Source of the DNA: an uncultured Chitinophagaceae bacterium
GTDB taxonomy: Bacteria > Bacteroidota > Bacteroidia > Chitinophagales > Chitinophagaceae
Assembly: GCA_963826385.1 (NCBI GenBank)
Contig: CAWGWV010000032.1
Coordinates: forward strand, 77,220-141,219
Direction of reading: 5' to 3'
DNA: 64,000 nt
The notes beneath the pieces are model-generated. The model saw nothing but the letters and a program-made list of their open reading frames with translations. It was not told the DNA's origin and searched no databases. Below, piece by piece: positions 40,558 through 52,300 of the stretch. Position numbers and translations under genes: made by a program. How positions within the stretch are numbered: position 1 is the stretch's first letter; each line of letters starts with the position of its first letter.

Positions 40558-41601
40558 ATGGAATTAGGATTGTACACATTTGTAGAAGCGATGCCCGATG
40601 CGGTTACCGGCGAACAAATAAGCGGGCAGCAACGCATGCAAAACTTACTGGAAGAAATACAGCTGGCTGACGAATTGGGCTTGATGTATTTGGCATCGGC
40701 GAGCATCACCGCAAAGAATATCTGATTTCTTCTCCGGCTGTGGTGTTGGCTGCCGCCGCAGTTACTACCAAAAACATCAAACTGACCAGTGCTGTAACGG
40801 TATTGAGTTCCGATGATCCGGTACGCGTATATCAGCAATTTTCAACGGTTGATTTGCTTTCCAATGGCGGAGCTGAAATTATGGCGGGACAGAGGTTCGT
40901 TTATCGAATCGTTTCCCTTTTTGGTTATGATTTGAAAGATTACAATGCCCTGTTTACCGAAAAACTCGAACTGTTTTAAACTCAATGAGCGGCGAAATCA
41001 TTACCTGGAAAGGACAGCACCGACCACCAATGACAATCTTGGTATTTACCCACGACCTACCGGTAAACTTCCCATCTGGATAGCGGTTGGCGGAACGCCC
41101 GAAAGATTGATGCGCGCAGGCAAATTGGGCATGCCGATGGGGCTGGCAATCATTGGTGGCTGCCCGATCGCGGTTATATGCCACACACCAAATTGTACGC
41201 GACGATTATACCGCAAAGCCGGTCATGATATGAATCATTTTCAGCTCGGTATCAACTCACACACTTTTATTGCCGATACTTCGCAGGCAGCCGCCGATGC
41301 GTTTTTCCCCTCGTATGCGCACATGATGTCGCAGATTGGTCGCGAACGCGGCTGGCCACCAACAACAAGGCAACAGTTCGATTATATGCGCAGCGAAGAA
41401 GGTTCGTTACTGGTAGGCAGCCCGCAACAGGTAATTGATAAGATTTTATACGAACACGAACTTTTCAATCATACCCGTTTTCTTGCACAAATGAGTGTAG
41501 GAACCATGCCGCACAAACAAATGATGCGCTCCATTGAATTGTACGGAACAATTGTAGCGCCGGCGGTGAGAAAGGCGCTCGCATCGGTAAATGAAAGGTA
41601 G
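40558..41601 (+). CDS. LLM-class flavin-dependent oxidoreductase (indels)
   Basis: [56 protein letters not shown]. Confidence 0.92.
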
Positions 41602-41691
41602 CGTTATAACAGGTTGTAAAAGTTTAACAGAAAATCTTTCGCCTAACAACGGTTCTGTTTTTGTATGGAAGTGGGGAATAATTTATAATCT

Positions 41692-42711
41692 ATGAAATAC
41701 AATTTATTAGGCAACACCGGGCTAAAAGTATCCGAATTGTGCCTTGGTACCATGACGTATGGTGGCAAAGGGCGTTTTGCTCCCATTGGAAATTTGCAAC
41801 AAGATGCGGTAGACGAACAGATAAAACGCGCGGTAGATGCAGGAATTAATTTTATTGATACCGCAAATGTATATTCGGAAGGCTGGTCGGAAGAGCTAAC
41901 TGGGCAAGCCATCCGCAACTTGGGTTTGAACCGTGATGAACTGGTAATAGCCACCAAAGTGCGTGGTAAAATGGGTGATGGTCCGAACGATAGCGGGCTT
42001 ACGCGCAAGCATATTTTGCAACAGGTAGAGGCGAGTTTAAAACGCCTGCAGCTCGATTATATCGATTTGTACCAGGTGCATAGTTTCGACCCGCTAACGC
42101 CTATCCAAGAAACCATCTGGACGCTGGACGATTTAGTGAAGCAAGGTAAAGTACGATACATTGGCGCAAGCAATATGGCAGCGTGGCAACTGATGAAAGC
42201 GCTTGATTTTTCGGAGTACGAACGGCAGTCGAAATTCGTTTCGCTGCAGGCATATTATACCATCGCGGGCAGAGATTTGGAACGCGAACTCATTCCCCTA
42301 TTACAAGATCAGAAACTGGGTTTATTGGTATGGAGCCCGCTGGCGGGTGGGTTATTAAGTGGTAAATACAGTCGTGACGAAGAGAAAAAGGAAGGTGGCA
42401 GACGGGTGAATTTTGATTTCCCGCCGGTGAATAGAGACCGTGCGTTTGATGTAGTGGATGTATTGCGCCCAATGGCGGAAAGTAAAGGCGCTTCGGTTGC
42501 GCAGCTGGCATTAGCGTGGCTGCTGCATCAACCCGCTGTAACCAGTATTATTATTGGTGCCAGTAAAATGGAACAGATGGAAGATAACCTGAAAGCCATT
42601 GATATAACCTTTACTGAAGATGAACTGAAAAAGATTGATGACGTGAGTAAATTGCCGGCAGAATATCCCGGCTGGATGCTGGAACGCACCGGCGGCGACA
42701 GGAAGAAATAA
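41692..42711 (+). CDS. Aldo/keto reductase
   Basis: LCLGTMTYG, GINFIDTANVYS, ATKV, DYIDLYQVH, GKVRYIGASN, WSPLAGG. Confidence 0.96.
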   Translation: MKYNLLGNTGLKVSELCLGTMTYGGKGRFAPIGNLQQDAVDEQIKRAVDAGINFIDTANVYSEGWSEELTGQAIRNLGLNRDELVIATKVRGKMGDGPNDSGLTRKHILQQVEASLKRLQLDYIDLYQVHSFDPLTPIQETIWTLDDLVKQGKVRYIGASNMAAWQLMKALDFSEYERQSKFVSLQAYYTIAGRDLERELIPLLQDQKLGLLVWSPLAGGLLSGKYSRDEEKKEGGRRVNFDFPPVNRDRAFDVVDVLRPMAESKGASVAQLALAWLLHQPAVTSIIIGASKMEQMEDNLKAIDITFTEDELKKIDDVSKLPAEYPGWMLERTGGDRKK

Positions 42712-42745
42712 AAGCTGTGGCTGAACATTTATAGTATAAAAAAGC

Positions 42746-42776
42746 GAAAGGCTGCTGTTCAAAACAGCAGCCTTTC
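42746..42776. terminator. Bidirectional terminator between the AKR gene and GH92
   Basis: GAAAGGCTGCTGTT-caa-AACAGCAGCCTTTC. Confidence 0.8.
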
Positions 42777-42805
42777 TTATTGATAGATTAGATGTACCAG
42801 AATAC

Positions 42806-45103
42806 TTACTTCTGATTGGAGAAGGAATATGGATAATCTTTCGGCTCGGTGCCCCTTGATTTGTCTGGTGTTTCGCTCATCATAAAGGTGAAAGCGCCGC
42901 CTTTCTGAATATCGGTTTGGCTAATCCAGTTTTTCGTATAGGGCTTGCCATTAAGCAGGGCGCTTTTAACATAGCGTGCGCTATCGCTGTTGTCCGGCGC
43001 GTTAATGGTAAACGTGTTGCCATTGTCCAGCTTCAGCGTCGCTTTTTTAAACAGGGGCGCGCCCAGCACATATTGGTCGGTGGCCGGGCGTAACCGGATA
43101 AAAACCCAATGCCGAAAATACATACCAGGCCGAGGTTTGGCCGTTGTCTTCGTCGCCGCAATAGCCATCGGGTGTTGGCTTTGTACAGGCGGTTCATCAC
43201 TTCGCGGACCCAGTACTGCGTTTTCCACGGCTGGCCCGGCATAATTGTACAGGTAAATCATGTGCTGAATGGGCTGGTTGCCATGCGCATATTGCCCCAT
43301 ATTGGCATATCTGCATTTCGCGTATCTCGTGAATAACGCCGCCATAATAGCTTTCATCAAAGATGGGCGGCATGGTAAATACAGAATCGAGCATTTTGAC
43401 AAATGCTTTTTTGCCACCCATCAGGTTTATCAAGCCTGTATATCGTGAAACACACTCCAGCGAGTAATGCCAGCTATTGCCTTCGGTAAAGGCATCGCCC
43501 CATTTAAACGGATTGAACGGCGATTGAAACGTGCCGTCTTCGTTTTTGCCACGCATCAGGTTGTGTCGATGGATCAAAAAGGTTGCGGTAGTTCTGGCTG
43601 CTTTTGGCATACAAGTCGATTTCTGCCTGCGGGCGTTTCAGGCTTTTGCCAGTTGGTAAATGGTAAAATCATCATAGGCATATTCCAGCGTGCGGGCGGC
43701 ATTTTCATTGATCTTTACATCGTACGGCACATAGCCCAGCTTGTTGTAATACTCCACACCCGTGCGGCCAACGTGCCTATCGGGACCTTCGTTGTTGGCG
43801 CCATGTATCAGGGCTTCGTACAAGGTATTGATATCATATCCGCGCAAACCTTTGATGTAGGCATCGGCCACCACCGATGCCGAATTGTTGCCCACCATCA
43901 CATTCGGCATAACCGGGCTGCTCCATTCGGGCAGAAAGCCACCTTCTTTATAATCGTTTATCAAGCCTTCCTGCATCTCTTTATTGATGGAAGGATACAC
44001 AAAATTTAGGAAAGGATACAGGGCCCGGAACGTATCCCAAAAGCCGGTGCCGGCAAACATATAGCCCGGCAATACTTTGCCATTATAAGGGCTCCAGTGC
44101 ACGAGCTTTGCCATTGGCATCTATCTCGTACAGTTTGTTGGGAAACTGCACGGTACGGTACAGACAGGAATAAAAAGTGCGTATCTGGTCAACGTGCCAC
44201 CTTCTACCGCTACTTTCCAGCTGCTTGTTCCAGGCGGCTTTGGCTTTTGCTTTCACTGTTTCAAAATTATCGTTGCCAATTCTCTTTTCAGATTTATGTT
44301 CTGCCTGTTCGAAGCTGATAAAAGATGACGCTACTTTTACATGCACCTTCTCTCCTTTCTGTGTTTTAAAACCAACGATAGCACCAGCTGCGATTTGCTT
44401 GCAGTTCCAGTTTCATGGTTTTGTCAAGCATCTGTCGTGCCAGGTATAGGTAATGGTAAAAGGCTTGATCAAAATAGATTACAAAATAGTTTTTAAAATT
44501 CTGTAAGCTTGCCCGCGGCTGTATCGTGTAGTGTAGCCTATAATCTTGTTTTGCCCGGAATGATTTTAACGTAAGAGCCACTGTCAAACGCATCGACCAC
44601 AATAAAGGCGCTGTCGGTTTTGGGAAACGTAAACCTGAAATGTGCCGCCCTTTCGGTAGGCGTTATTTCGGTGGTAACATCGTGGTCGGCCAGGTAAACG
44701 CTGTAGTAATAAGGCTTTGCAATTTCTGCCTTGTGCGAAAACCAGCTTGCCCGGTCGTCTTCTTTAAACGTTACTTTACCCGTTACCGGCATAATGGCAA
44801 ACTGGCCGTAATCGTTCATCCACGGCGAGGGCTGGTGCGTTTGTTTAAAGCCTCTTATTTTATCGGACGCTATATGTGTATTCCCAGCCGTTGCCCATAT
44901 TGCCGGTTTGCGGCGTCCAAAAGTTCATGCCCCAGGGCACAGCGATAGAAGGGTAGGTATTGCCATTAGATAACGAAGGTTTAGAGTCGGTGCCCATCAG
45001 CGGTATTTACATACTCCACAGGGTCGGTAACTTTTGTTACCAGTTGTGCATTGCCGTTTGCGGCGCAAAGGGCAAGCAACACGAAAAGCGAAAGTTTTTT
45101 CAT
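42806..45103 (-). CDS. GH92 alpha-mannosidase (many indels)
   Basis: KQTHQPSPWMNDYGQF, GFWDTFRALYP, MVGNNSASV, RTLEYAYDD, FTEGNSWHY, QYAHGNQPIQH over shifting frames; signal peptide MKKLSLFVLL. Confidence 0.92.
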
Positions 45104-45306
45104 AATTATCATTTCTGGTCTCAACTGTCAGGCATGCAAATGTCTCACTTGTGGCTTTTACCGGCAACTAAACATTTGTGTTTCATTTAAGGCATGCTTA
45201 CCAGTGATGTTAGGTTTTTCTTTATTGTTTGTGATTGCCAGCTATTTTAATCAGCACATTTATACTTTAAAATAGCGGTTGCTTGTGTCAAATACCTGTT
45301 GCCGGT

Positions 45307-46281
45307 TCAATAGGCAATATCCGGAAAGTCAAGCTGAGCCTGCTTAAACTGCGCATCGGTTTCGCTGCTCCAGCCAAAGGCAAGCGTAGCCTGTGCTTTC
45401 AGGTTGGTGGCTGCGGCGCCGCTCCAAAAGTGAATAAACTCGCCCAGATTCATGTCTCTTGTGTATTCTTTATATCCATCCGGCAGGGTATGGGTAGGGA
45501 AATGGGTAGCAAGTGTTTCGAAGAATCGGTTCAATACGGTTGCCCCGCCATAATTGGCATAAATGGGGTAAAACCAGTTTTTAAACCAGTGGGTGCCTGC
45601 TACCGGGAAGTTGTCTGTTTTCTCCATCATTTCCGCATACCATTTGTCGGCATACGACGGCATCTCCAGTCCTTTGTACACATCGTAAATGTATATTTCC
45701 ATCCATTTGCTATCACCCCACACCGGAAAAGCAGGCGAGTTGTGAATGCCTTTGGAAGCGCCTTCCACAATATGCCCTACTTCATGTACCGGAATGGCTA
45801 CGGTGCCATAGTCAAAGTTGTTCCAGGCATTGGGGGTTGTGCTGCCACAGTCTATTACGTTGCGGTAGTCGTGGCTCTCATCGAAGAAGGTAGCCGGATG
45901 CCCGCCGCTATATTTGTCCTGGTGCAGAACAACGTACAAACGGTTGTCTCCGCCCAGCTTTGAGAAGTTGCCATATACTTTTTTAGTATAGTTCCAAACG
46001 TCGGCAAGAAACACGTTTGGCCAGGTAATGGTTCTGTTTACATCATCGTCGTAGTACACGCACACCGTAGTGTCATAAAATACCCGGGAGAGCAGTTGGC
46101 TGTGCTCAAACCAATGCTCCTGCCAGGTAGCCGGTGGCGCCTGTGTGTCGGCAGCAGTAGTATCGGTGCTGCCGTTGTCAACCGTTCCTGCATTGTTTGC
46201 AAAATCATTTTTCCGGTTGCAGGACATCAGTACAAAAGCAATGGCCAGGATAGCAAGCCTGTTTGTGATCAGTTGAAGCAT
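45307..46281 (-). CDS. Lipoprotein with HEXXH zinc-metallopeptidase-like motif, uncharacterised
   Basis: Lipobox VLMSC; HEVGH and a downstream Glu in GDSKWMEIY; N-terminal WQEHWFEH motif. Confidence 0.75.
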   Translation of the reverse strand: MLQLITNRLAILAIAFVLMSCNRKNDFANNAGTVDNGSTDTTAADTQAPPATWQEHWFEHSQLLSRVFYDTTVCVYYDDDVNRTITWPNVFLADVWNYTKKVYGNFSKLGGDNRLYVVLHQDKYSGGHPATFFDESHDYRNVIDCGSTTPNAWNNFDYGTVAIPVHEVGHIVEGASKGIHNSPAFPVWGDSKWMEIYIYDVYKGLEMPSYADKWYAEMMEKTDNFPVAGTHWFKNWFYPIYANYGGATVLNRFFETLATHFPTHTLPDGYKEYTRDMNLGEFIHFWSGAAATNLKAQATLAFGWSSETDAQFKQAQLDFPDIAY

Positions 46282-46365
46282 GTGTTTGATTGTAAAAAAT
46301 GATTCAGAGGGAGATTGAAAAAGCAATTGCGACAACAGTTATCCATGGTTGACTCATTGCTACCC

Positions 46366-46415
46366 AAAAAAAACAATACAAGATGCCATGAGCACATCAC
46401 GGCACCTTGTATTGT
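46366..46415 (-). terminator. Intrinsic terminator or attenuator within the PUL, after the DUF1735 gene
   Basis: ACAATACAAG.TGCC.TGA / TCA.GGCA.CTTGTATTGT stem (G-U pairs on the minus strand) followed by a U-run. Confidence 0.65.
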
Positions 46416-46478
46416 ACTATTTATCCACTGTAATCAATGAAAAAAGAAAGGATGTTGTTAGTGGCAATTGTTCAATGA

Positions 46479-47444
46479 CTAATAGTATTGAATCATTCGC
46501 CATTCCGACATTTGAAAGATCCATGAGCCACCATTTTGGGTAACCATGGTGCGATAATAAGCATAAGCCGTGCTGTTGTTAAACTCATAGCGCACCGTCT
46601 GGTTGCGGCTGGCAAATGTTTCGCCCATACGGGTATCCAGAATATCCCAGTTTACGCCATCGTTAGAGCCTTGCAACGTCCAGTCTTTCGGATCGCGTTC
46701 CGGTGCGTCATTGCCCGATGTAAAAGTGTAGGCATTGATGATTTGCGGCGTAGCAAATTTTAGCTGAAACCAGAAGTCGGGATTGTAGTTGAACGACAGG
46801 AACTTTGTTCCGTAATCATTGTCAACCAGCTTTGGCGAACCTTCGCCGGCGCCGGCGCCACCGCTGTTTTCATCACTTACCGTTAAGGTTCCCTGCCCGG
46901 TAATGTCGCGTTCTCTTTGTGTAAGCTCGTCTATCCTGAAATAAGCCACTGACATCGAAGTGTCGAGTGTGCCTGCCGACAGGTTGATCAGTTTTACCGG
47001 CAACATGTATTTGGTAGTTACATCCAGTTTGTTGGTGAGCACCAAAACAGACAAAGGATCGGATGTGGTTTTGCCTTTCGGGATAATGGTTGTTAAAGCG
47101 GAGATGGTGTAAGCGTCTGCAGGAAAAGGAACATAGGCAGTGCCATGGGCCGCGTTGTAAGCAGCAATCAAACCGGTGTCGGTTGCAAAGGTTACCGAGA
47201 TATCGCCGGCTGCACTGTTAAGCCCGCCATACGCTGCGCCAAATGTAATTTCCTGGGCAGTATCCAGCTTGTACAGCTGGAGGCTGGCCCTGTCGTCGTA
47301 TGCCTGTGGCATATAGATAGAACCTTCTACCGGTGCAGCGTACTCATCGTCTTTGATGCAGGATAACATCAAAATCGGGAGCGCAACAAGCAGAGACAGA
47401 ACGACTGTCATTCTTTTATGAAACACGGACCGAACTGTATGCAT
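46479..47444 (-). CDS. Surface glycan-binding lipoprotein, DUF1735 plus F5/8 discoidin domain
   Basis: Lipobox LMLSC; AAYNAAHGTAYVPFP and KYMLPVKL (DUF1735); YTFTSGNDAPERDPKDWTLQGSNDG (discoidin/CBM32-like). Confidence 0.88.
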   Translation of the reverse strand: MHTVRSVFHKRMTVVLSLLVALPILMLSCIKDDEYAAPVEGSIYMPQAYDDRASLQLYKLDTAQEITFGAAYGGLNSAAGDISVTFATDTGLIAAYNAAHGTAYVPFPADAYTISALTTIIPKGKTTSDPLSVLVLTNKLDVTTKYMLPVKLINLSAGTLDTSMSVAYFRIDELTQRERDITGQGTLTVSDENSGGAGAGEGSPKLVDNDYGTKFLSFNYNPDFWFQLKFATPQIINAYTFTSGNDAPERDPKDWTLQGSNDGVNWDILDTRMGETFASRNQTVRYEFNNSTAYAYYRTMVTQNGGSWIFQMSEWRMIQYY

Positions 47445-47496
47445 AACAATTGTTTGTAGATTGAAAGGTTAATAAAAAACAGGTGATTGCCAGGCA

Positions 47497-49311
47497 TTAC
47501 CATCCCGGGTTTTGTACCAGCAATTCATCTTTCAGTACTTCGTTGTTGGGGATTGGCCACAAATAATCGCGCTGTTGAAACACCCGTGTTTCCATGATGG
47601 TCTTCTGGTAAAATTCATCCCCGTTTTTATACATGTTCATGCCATAAACAGCACCATTGTCGGTGGTTGCGGCTATCTTCCAGCGATGACAATCGAAGTA
47701 CCTCACATTTTCGAACGCCAGCTCTACCTGCCGTTCCTGCCGGATGGCGGCGCGCATGGCACCCTGACCCGAAGGAATGGTGAGCGCGTCGGCACCGCTG
47801 CCATATAAAGGAACGCCAGCGCGGCTTCTTACCAGATTCAGGTAAGTAAGAATATTGACATTGCCGGGGTCGTATTCATTGAGCGCTTCTGCATAATCAA
47901 GGTAAATCTGGGCAAGCCGCAACATCACACAGCCACGGCTGTTGCTGTTCGATACCACATTCTTGCGGATGATATAACCGGTAGGCGATACGTCTGAAGT
48001 GCTTTGACTGCGGCCCGAATTGCCGGAATATTCCATCACGGTAACTACCTGCTTGTCGTTGCTGCTTTGGTTGAGCCAATAGCTGTTGTTGTAAGTGATG
48101 CCGACATAAAAACGTGGTTCCCTGTTGGTCCACGGGTTGTATGTGCTTCTTTCCTCTATATCGAAGGGCGCTTTAAAGTTGGAAAATCCGGTGGCAACAT
48201 AGCCCGATTGCAGATCGGTAATTGCCCTGCCATTTGCCATGAAATAAGCGTCCACCATAGCTTGTGTGGCACCAAGTGCGCCGCCACCCTGCACATCAGA
48301 CGTAAAGCCCACATGCTTGGGGGTGCGGTCATATTGGGTAAAATTGTCCGAATTGGAGCGGGCGAAAATCCACTCTTTGTTCCACTCTTTGGTGACCACT
48401 TCGCGGCAGGAATAATACGCTTTTACAAAAGGATCAGAAACCGACTGATCCGTTACATACAAATCATATTTGCCTGGTACAAATTCATCAATAAAGGCTT
48501 TGGCAGCATTGGCGGCGCGCTCCCATTTGCCGGCATCGTTAGTTTGGCTGATGAGCGCTGTGCCGTCGCTGTTTTTGAGCGAAGCCATCTCTGTATTGCC
48601 GTTAAACAAAGGACTGGCAGCCAGCATCAGCGCTTCTGCCTTGTATCCTTTCGCAATGCCTTTGGTAATGCGCCCATATTCATTGTTTACAGGATCGGCA
48701 GGCAAATAGGCATACGCAGAATCCAATTGGTCTACCACGTAATTCACACATGAATCGAACGGCGCTCTAGCCAGCAGGATGCTTTCGAGGCTGGCATCGG
48801 GGCTGATAACGTTGCTGATAATGGGCACGGGACCATACATACGGAGAAGCCAGTAATAATACATGGCACGCAGTGCCCGCGCTTCGGCTTTGTACCTGTT
48901 CTTTTCTGCATTGGTGATTTCAGCCGCATTGGCGTTGTCGATTTTGCTGATGAAGTCGGTAGCATTGCGGATCGACTTGTACCAGTTGCTCCAGAAACTG
49001 GCAACATTGTCATCGGTTTTAGACCAGGTACTTTGGTTCAACTGGTTGGCATAATTGAAATCCCAATTGTATTTTGCTTCGTCGGAAGCAGCCGTCCACG
49101 GACCTGAGTAATTGTACGTAACAAAACGTTGCGACAACTCGTTGGGAATATTGGCATAAATCTGAGCCAGGTATTCGTTCACATAGGTTTTCGATTGAAA
49201 AATATCTTCGGTGGTCAGTACATCATCGGGCACCTGGTCAAGAAACTTTTTACAGGAACCCAATACAAGAGTAACAGCCAGGCAGATATACAGAAATGGT
49301 TTCATCTTCAT
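47497..49311 (-). CDS. susD: RagB/SusD nutrient-binding lipoprotein
   Basis: LGSCKKFLD lipobox, EARALRAMYY, RLAQIYLDYAEALNE, ERQVELAFENVRYFD, QNPGW. Confidence 0.96.
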   Translation of the reverse strand: MKMKPFLYICLAVTLVLGSCKKFLDQVPDDVLTTEDIFQSKTYVNEYLAQIYANIPNELSQRFVTYNYSGPWTAASDEAKYNWDFNYANQLNQSTWSKTDDNVASFWSNWYKSIRNATDFISKIDNANAAEITNAEKNRYKAEARALRAMYYYWLLRMYGPVPIISNVISPDASLESILLARAPFDSCVNYVVDQLDSAYAYLPADPVNNEYGRITKGIAKGYKAEALMLAASPLFNGNTEMASLKNSDGTALISQTNDAGKWERAANAAKAFIDEFVPGKYDLYVTDQSVSDPFVKAYYSCREVVTKEWNKEWIFARSNSDNFTQYDRTPKHVGFTSDVQGGGALGATQAMVDAYFMANGRAITDLQSGYVATGFSNFKAPFDIEERSTYNPWTNREPRFYVGITYNNSYWLNQSSNDKQVVTVMEYSGNSGRSQSTSDVSPTGYIIRKNVVSNSNSRGCVMLRLAQIYLDYAEALNEYDPGNVNILTYLNLVRSRAGVPLYGSGADALTIPSGQGAMRAAIRQERQVELAFENVRYFDCHRWKIAATTDNGAVYGMNMYKNGDEFYQKTIMETRVFQQRDYLWPIPNNEVLKDELLVQNPGW

Positions 49312-49345
49312 GATAACGCTGTATTGAATAGGTTAAATAAGTGAG

Positions 49346-52300
49346 TTAAAAATTAGCCTGCACGCCAAACGATACAGAGCGGGTGTTGGGATATACGGCT
49401 CCGTTGCCCGTATTGAGCTCGGGATCCCACAACTTGAATTTGCTCCGGTAAAGTAAGTTGATGCCCTGCACATAGAGGCGTGCGTTGGTAATGCCAATGC
49501 TGCGAAACCATTGCCTGGGTATGTAATAGCCGAGGTCTACTGTTTTCAGGCGCAGGAAGTCAATGTCTTTTACCCACCACGTGCTGGTCACCGAATTGTT
49601 TTTGTTCGCTGCATTGCCATAAGCAAGACGGGGATAAAAAGGATTCTGCAGCGGGTTGTCTTCTGTCCAGCGATCTTCGGCAATGGCGTAGAGGTTGCTT
49701 CTTTCTGCGCCGGTGCTGTTGTTGAAAGGCAGTATGCCATCGCCGCCCAGCACACGGGTAGCGCCACCTACGCCCTGGAAAAAGGCGCCTACATAAAAGT
49801 CTTTGTAAGTAACGTTGAAGCCAAAGCCATACACCCAGTTGGGCACATCGCCGTTGCCTATTTTCGTTTGATCGTACGCATCAATTTTGCCATCGCCGTT
49901 GAGGTCTTTGTATTTGATATCGCCTACCCGCGGAGAGCCAATGGGCGACTGATCGGCGCTGTTGTTGATCTCTTTCTCGCTTTGAAACAGGCCATCTGCT
50001 ACGTAGCCATAAGTAGCCAGGTAATTGCGGCCTCTTCTTTCCATATAAGCATATGGCTGCGCCGGGTCGTCATTTTCCAGCACTTTGTCTTTGTTGTAAG
50101 AAAAGGTGCCCCTGACTGTCCATGAGGTTTGCCCGATCGCAAACGGCGCCAGCTCTACCGTTCCGTCATAACCTGTGTTTTGTATCACACCAAGGTTGCC
50201 CCAGGGGTTGTTCTGCAGTCCCAGGTAAGAAGGCAGGCTGCCTCTTTGCAAAAACACGCCGGTGCGGCGTTCCTTGAAGTAATCAACCGTTACAGACAAT
50301 AGTGAATTCAGGGTTTTGAATTCAAGTCCCAGGTCTTGCTTGTGCGATTTTGACCATCGTACATCCACACCATAGTCTGAGATGGCAACACCGCTGTAGG
50401 AACTGTTGTTTACTCCGTTGCCGAAGGTAAATCCTGTAGCGCCGTCTGTTACAATGGTGAGATAGCCAAACCTGCGACCGCCTGCGCCGGAACCTACCAA
50501 ACCATCGGAGTATCTCAGTTTGAAAAACTGGAAGACGCCATTCAGCGGCTGAAAGAATTTTTCGTTAGACAGTACCCAGCCTACACCAATAGAGGGGAAA
50601 AAACCATAGCGGTTGTCCGGTGCAAAATTTTCGGACCCATTGTAGCCAAAATTGAATTCGCCAAAGTATTTGTCGCTCAACGAATAGGTCGCCCTGCCTG
50701 CCAATCCCTGTTTGCGATAAGGAAGCGACGAAGTTACATCGCCTGCAAATGCAGCAATTTCACTCACCTGGTTATACAGCATCATCGCCGTTACATGGTG
50801 CTTGTTAAAACTATTGTCGTAGTTGATGGCGGTTTCGGTATAAAACTGGCGCGAGCCGGCATTAGACCGGCTGTAATTCAGTGCATCAGAGCCGTTAGCC
50901 ATTACCGTCAGGTTCAGCGAGCCGTCTTCGTTGTAGGGGTTAGATTTGTCAATCATGTACGTCGTGCGGCTTCTCGTTCTTCCAATGCTGTGTTGGTTCC
51001 AGGTATCGAACGAGAACATGGTATGTGCCGATAAGCCTTTTGTAATAAAGCCCAGATCCTGGTTGATGGCGGCATTGGAGTACAACTGGCTTGCAAAAAT
51101 GTTTTGATAGCCGGTTTGGGTAATCAGTGCATAAGGATTGGGCTGCGCATCGCCCGACTGGTTGACCGCAGGCACCAAATTGCCTTCATACAAAACAGGA
51201 TACAAGACCGGGTTTGTTTGCATGACACGCGCAAACGCATCCTGCGGGTTAATGCCGGGATAATTGGTATTGGTGATGTAGCCCTGAATGCCCAGCGAAA
51301 ACTTGGTGGTCTTTGTCCAGTCCATGTCTATGTTCGACGTGAAGTTGTACCGGCGAAAGCGGGCATCGGCATCATAGGTTTTTACAGCATCGGTATTCAG
51401 CAGGCTTGTTTCATCGTAGTAAGCCAGCGAGGTGTAGTATTTCGTTTTATCGGTGCCGCCGCTTGCGCTAAAGTTGAAGCGCCTGTTCATCGCCGCATTT
51501 TTAAAGATGGTGCCCATCCAGTCTACATTCGGATAGAGGTAAGGCTGGTTGCCGGCTAAGGTGCTGTCTATGTACGCCTGTGAATATTCGGGGGTTAAAC
51601 CCGTAGCCACTTCGGCTTCGTTGCGCAGGGTCATATACTGCCCGGCATTGGTAAGCACGGGTGTTTTGGTAAAACCCACAATGCCCTGGTTGTAATTGAA
51701 CATGAGTTTGGGTTTGCCGACTTTCCCTTTTTTGGTAGTGATTAAGATAACGCCATTGGCACCCTGCGCACCATATACGGCAGTGGCCGAAGCGTCTTTC
51801 AAAATGGTAAACGAAGCAATGTCTTCCGGGTCGAAGGCATTCAGGTCGCGGCCCTGCACACCATCCACGATGATGAGCGGCGAAGCATTGTTGGAACTGT
51901 TGAAGGTAGAGATGCCACGAATCCAGACATCGGCGGCATTGCTGCCCGGCAGCCCTGTACGCTGTACGCCTACCAGACCAGCGATTCTGCCCGCCAATAC
52001 CGCGCTCAAATTCGCTACCGGCTGCTTTAGGTCTTCCACATTTACCGAAGACTGCGCACCTACAAGGCTGATCTTCTTTTGCTTGCCATAGCCCACAACC
52101 ACTACATCGTTCAGGCTGCCCGAAGATGCTTCGAGCGTTACATCCAGTACAATGCGGTCTGTAATTTTAAAAGACTGGCTATTGTAGCCCACAAAAGAAA
52201 ACGAAACAGAATCCCCCTGCTTCGCCGGAATCGAATAACTGCCGTTGCCTTTGGTAATGGTCAGGGCGCCGGAGTGTTGATTGCTGACCGTAACGCCGTC

